Positions 60,413 to 64,000 of a DNA stretch of 64,000 bases are shown piece by piece. Every line of letters starts with the position of its first letter. Position 1 is the first letter of the stretch. Origin of the DNA: the human T2T-CHM13v2.0 reference genome, Homo sapiens; NCBI RefSeq assembly GCF_009914755.1, contig NC_060941.1. One strand, 5' to 3'. The notes beneath the pieces were generated by a model that did not search any database, had not been told where the DNA came from, and worked only from the letters and a program-made list of their open reading frames with translations. The translations under genes were made by a program, and so were the position numbers.

Positions 60413-61091
60413 CTGTCCTTGTGTGCAGATGCTCTCATATAACTTCAGTTAATCTTTACAACAACTCGCGATAGAGAGCTATCCTCACCTGCTAAAATGA
60501 AAATAATCAAATGTAGGAAGGCCAAGTGACTTGTCTAAGACCACGAGAGATAAACTCAGGACCAGGAGTCAGGCCTACTGAGTCCTAGTCCAGCTTCTTT
60601 CTGCTATGATGCCAATGATGTAATGAATGGTCATTAAATCAGGGACTTAATTCTGTTCAAATGTTAGGACACCTGGTTTATTCTCAGGACAACCCTTAGT
60701 CCCCATTTTACAGATAATGACATAAAAACACAAGGATTAAGTAACTTGCCCAACGACACAGCTAGTAGATGTACACTGTAATATAATCTTGACTATTGGT
60801 GATCTTCAGAATATCGGAAGTAAATTTTAGAGTTGGAAAATCTCATTTTACTTATGATAAAAACTGATGAGTTATTATGTCCTATTGGCCCTGTATTTCC
60901 CAGGGTGGGAACAATGTCTCTGCCAAAGCTTAGGGGCTCCCTCTCCTAATGCTTCACATCCGTGTTTTCTGTTGCCCTCACCTTCTATACTCCCCTCTTG
61001 CACTGAGACCCCACACCCAGCAGCTAATGTTCACTGCCCAGAGCAAGGAGTTGTCAGCCTTACCTCTCTGCTCCTTCTGTAGTGTCACACC

Positions 61092-61223
61092 ATGTCTGAC
61101 CGGAAGGCAGTGATCAAGAACGCAGACATGTCTGAGGACATGCAACAGGATGCCGTTGACTGCGCCACGCAGGCCATGGAGAAGTACAATATAGAGAAGG
61201 ACATTGCTGCCTATATCAAGAAG
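61092..61223 (+). CDS. DYNLL2: Dynein light chain LC8-type 2, first coding exon (exon 2; codons 1-44)
   Basis: Acceptor ctccttctgtAG at 61081-82; Kozak acaccATG at 61092; translates [44 protein letters not shown] (S2, D16, D23, M29, Y41 mark DYNLL2 rather than DYNLL1); phase-0 GT donor at 61224. Confidence 0.98.
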
Positions 61224-61426
61224 GTGTGCTGGGAGAGCTGGGACTGATGGCCAGGGGTGGGGATCGACAGCTGAGCTAACCTCCAGGGAGATCTGGAGCT
61301 GGGGACATAAGAAAGCCCGTATATCCTGTGCAAGCAAAACCCTAGGAACTTGCAAAGCAGACAAACTAGCGAGTGATTCCGAATTGCCCAAGCATTCACC
61401 TTAGGAGTTGTTAATAGCTCTGCCAG

Positions 61427-61448
61427 GTGTGTGTGTGTGTGTGTGTGT
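61427..61448. repeat. (GT)11 microsatellite in DYNLL2 intron 2
   Basis: Read directly. Confidence 0.9.
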
Positions 61449-63143
61449 ATGTTTACTTTTACAGGTAATTATGCTACTGCAAGGCATTGGGGAAGGATAA
61501 GATTATGCAGAGAAACTTCAGAATTAAATATTTCTGGCCCAGTTCAGAACTATTCAAAATTAAAATCTAGGATATTTGAAAGAATAAGATGTACAAATTT
61601 TCAGGGAACTACATCATTTAAAGTGGATATGCCTGTAATAATCCTCATCATGTAGGAGGTTTCCTTTTCTTTTCCTTAAAAAGGACTCAGGTACTACATC
61701 ACCCCTTTCTGTCTACATTCTTAAGAAAAGGGTGGGCTCAAATATATAATTTTTAAGAAATGGATGAGCAATAATGGGGCCATAGGTTTGGTCCCTGAAA
61801 AATTCCTGAGTGAATTTGTCACTGGATATGGTTAACATGGTGAGGAAGCAGCTGTGCCAAAAGTAAGAAAAGGGGTACTGGGACCCCCTGATTCCCAGTC
61901 AGGATCCATATCCATTGGAGGCATAGTCCCAGCATTTGATATTCTCAGCTCTGGCATCCCAAGAACATGTGTAAGAATGGTGGCAGTCTGGTCCATTGAA
62001 GTGGAAGTGGTAGGGTCTCTGAGTTTTACAGAACTGTGTTTTCCTACCCAAATGGGTGGAATGAAAAGAAGAACTCCTGGAGTCCTGAGGGACTTTTTTG
62101 GGTGTGGAGCCAAGGGTGGCAGAGCTATTTGGGAGCCCACCTTCTCGCTGTCCTGTACTCTGAGAGCCAGAAGAATCCCCAGATTTTCTGGTCTGCGCTC
62201 TTTTTTTGCTGATGGAGAAATGAGAACCAGGGAAGTGACTGGCTCTCCTGTATTACACATAGTCTTGAGCCGAGATTGAAGCTGGGTTTAGTATTTACTC
62301 CTAGTACTTGGAGAGTTGTGTGGTATCGGGGCTGTGAAGAGGCCAGAGAAGTTGTATGTTGAGCATATTGAGGGATAGAACCCCAGAGTTGGCAGCGTTG
62401 GTGGGCCCATGGTGGAGGGCTGCTGCCCTTTCATGGCCATGGCAGGATGCTTCTAGAACTGAGTCTGCAGGCTGAGCCACAAGGTAGTAGGGAGCTGATT
62501 AGCTCTAAAGATTTCCTGTGGTTTTGATGCTGAACTTGTGCCCCTTAGGGAATTGCCTTGATCTCATGGTGGAGGTCCTTGTTCTGGTACATACAGCCCA
62601 CACAGTGCATGGCACACGGGAATGCCTTTAATGTTGTCTTATATAGTAGTGCCTCCTGGTACTCCCGATGTTTGGTCTTGTTTTGCTCTAATGCCTTGGT
62701 GTTTAGCATTTGGAAATGCTGGTTAATTATGTGTGAGGCAGCGGGTGGTGGCTCCCCATTTGTGTCATGTGTTTGACAAATGGTCCTTTATTCCACTGGC
62801 CTCTTGATTCCCTTGCTGAAGAATCCCAGGGTGGGCTAGGGGTGGCGTGAGGGGGTGGGGTAGCTAGAGGGAGGAGAGATGATCAGGGTGTAGAGTGCTG
62901 GAGGCTCAGGGGAGACGAATAATGGAGGCTTTGTGGTGTTCCATTATTAATGAGGGGAAGAGTGTCCTGGCCAGCTTTAAAACCTGAGCTTTTGAGGTTC
63001 GGGGAGCTGAGGCTGAGGGATGGGGTGGGGGTGATAACAACCAAACGTGTCGGTGCTGGAGTTGCAGGGAGAGACTCCCATTCTGATTTCTCCTTCTCCA
63101 GCTACCCTAATTACCTTTCTTCTCTACCTTTGTTCTTTTTTAG

Positions 63144-63281
<138 letters not shown>

Positions 63282-64000
63282 GTGGCCATGGTGAAGGTGT
63301 CAGTGGCGGCGGCAGCGATGGCAAGCAGGCGGCGTTGCTGGGACTGTTTTGCACTGGAGCCAGCATCAGGATGTCCTCTCCAATGGCTGTGCTACTGCAT
63401 GGACTGTATACTCGATTTCATGTGTATGTCGCAGTAAACAAAACCAAACCTCTTTCTGTTTAGTTGCCTGGGGGAAGAAGGCTGCTTTATGTTTATTTTT
63501 CAAGACTTTAAAAATATTTTTTGGTTGTATTGCACTAGGAAATCTCTCCCACCTCTCCCTTTTCTCTTTCTTTCCCTATACAAAATAAAAGGCCCACCAT
63601 AGAGACTAGGCGGCCGAAAGACTAGGAGGGCTGAGGAAAAGAAATAGGTCTCTGGAGGTGGAACTAAAACTGTGCAGCTGCCTCTTCCTGGCGGTGGATG
63701 CTGCTTTGGGAGGGCCAGGGAGGCTGCAGGGGGACAGTGTTGGGATTGTCAAGGAAAAAGGGGTAGGAAGGAAGGTGGAGGGATTGATCTAGTACCAGGG
63801 AGAATATTCCACTGAACTGTGATTCTATGGCTTGGGGCGGAGGGTGGGGTGGGGATGCCTTCTTTAGGGGCCCTGAGATGTGTTTGTCTGTGGTGTGTGG
63901 GAGTGGGGAGCAGATTTGTCTTGCTGTCTTTGTCAGAATTTCTAAGTAAGGGCTGTGTCTTTGTGGATTACCTTCTTTTGTTCTTCCTGCCAGAGATCAT
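63282..64000 (+). other. DYNLL2: DYNLL2 3' UTR (probably continues past the window end)
   Basis: Repeat-free sequence following the TAG stop in the terminal exon. Confidence 0.85.
63584..63589 (+). terminator. Candidate proximal polyadenylation signal AATAAA
   Basis: AATAAA ~300 nt after the stop. The downstream GU/U-rich element is weak, so it may be a minor site. Confidence 0.5.

Noticed and set aside
60978-61391. 137-aa minus-strand ORF overlapping DYNLL2 exon 2
   Set aside because: Antisense shadow of the real coding exon with no independent support.

Overview
Hominid (most likely human) genomic DNA, judged from dense Alu/L1/MaLR content plus an SVA and an L1PA2/3-type fragment. The first ~57 kb is repeat-rich intergenic sequence. 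The last ~7 kb holds the CpG-island promoter and all coding exons of DYNLL2 (dynein light chain LC8-type 2, 89 aa, + strand; CDS 61092-61223 joined to 63144-63281), which in human lies at 17q22 (recalled, not computed). None of the ORFs in the supplied track is a credible protein gene, and the real CDS is split across exons, so the track misses it. The most unusual structure is a 357-bp near-perfect palindrome (13135-13491; 177-bp arms, 3-nt loop, no indels, mismatches mostly G:U-compatible on the + strand). It overlaps a ~135-bp block duplicated 1.8 kb downstream that carries a motif cassette identical in both copies. Other leads: an in-frame, strong-Kozak 49-codon Cys-rich ORF 6 nt after the DYNLL2 stop; a weak intron-2 donor next to a UG repeat and a stronger cryptic donor; a probable L1 3' transduction; an Alu composite inside a single TSD; and a full-length SVA 8 kb upstream of the promoter. 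Repeat family names were assigned by eye and their boundaries are approximate unless TSDs are quoted.
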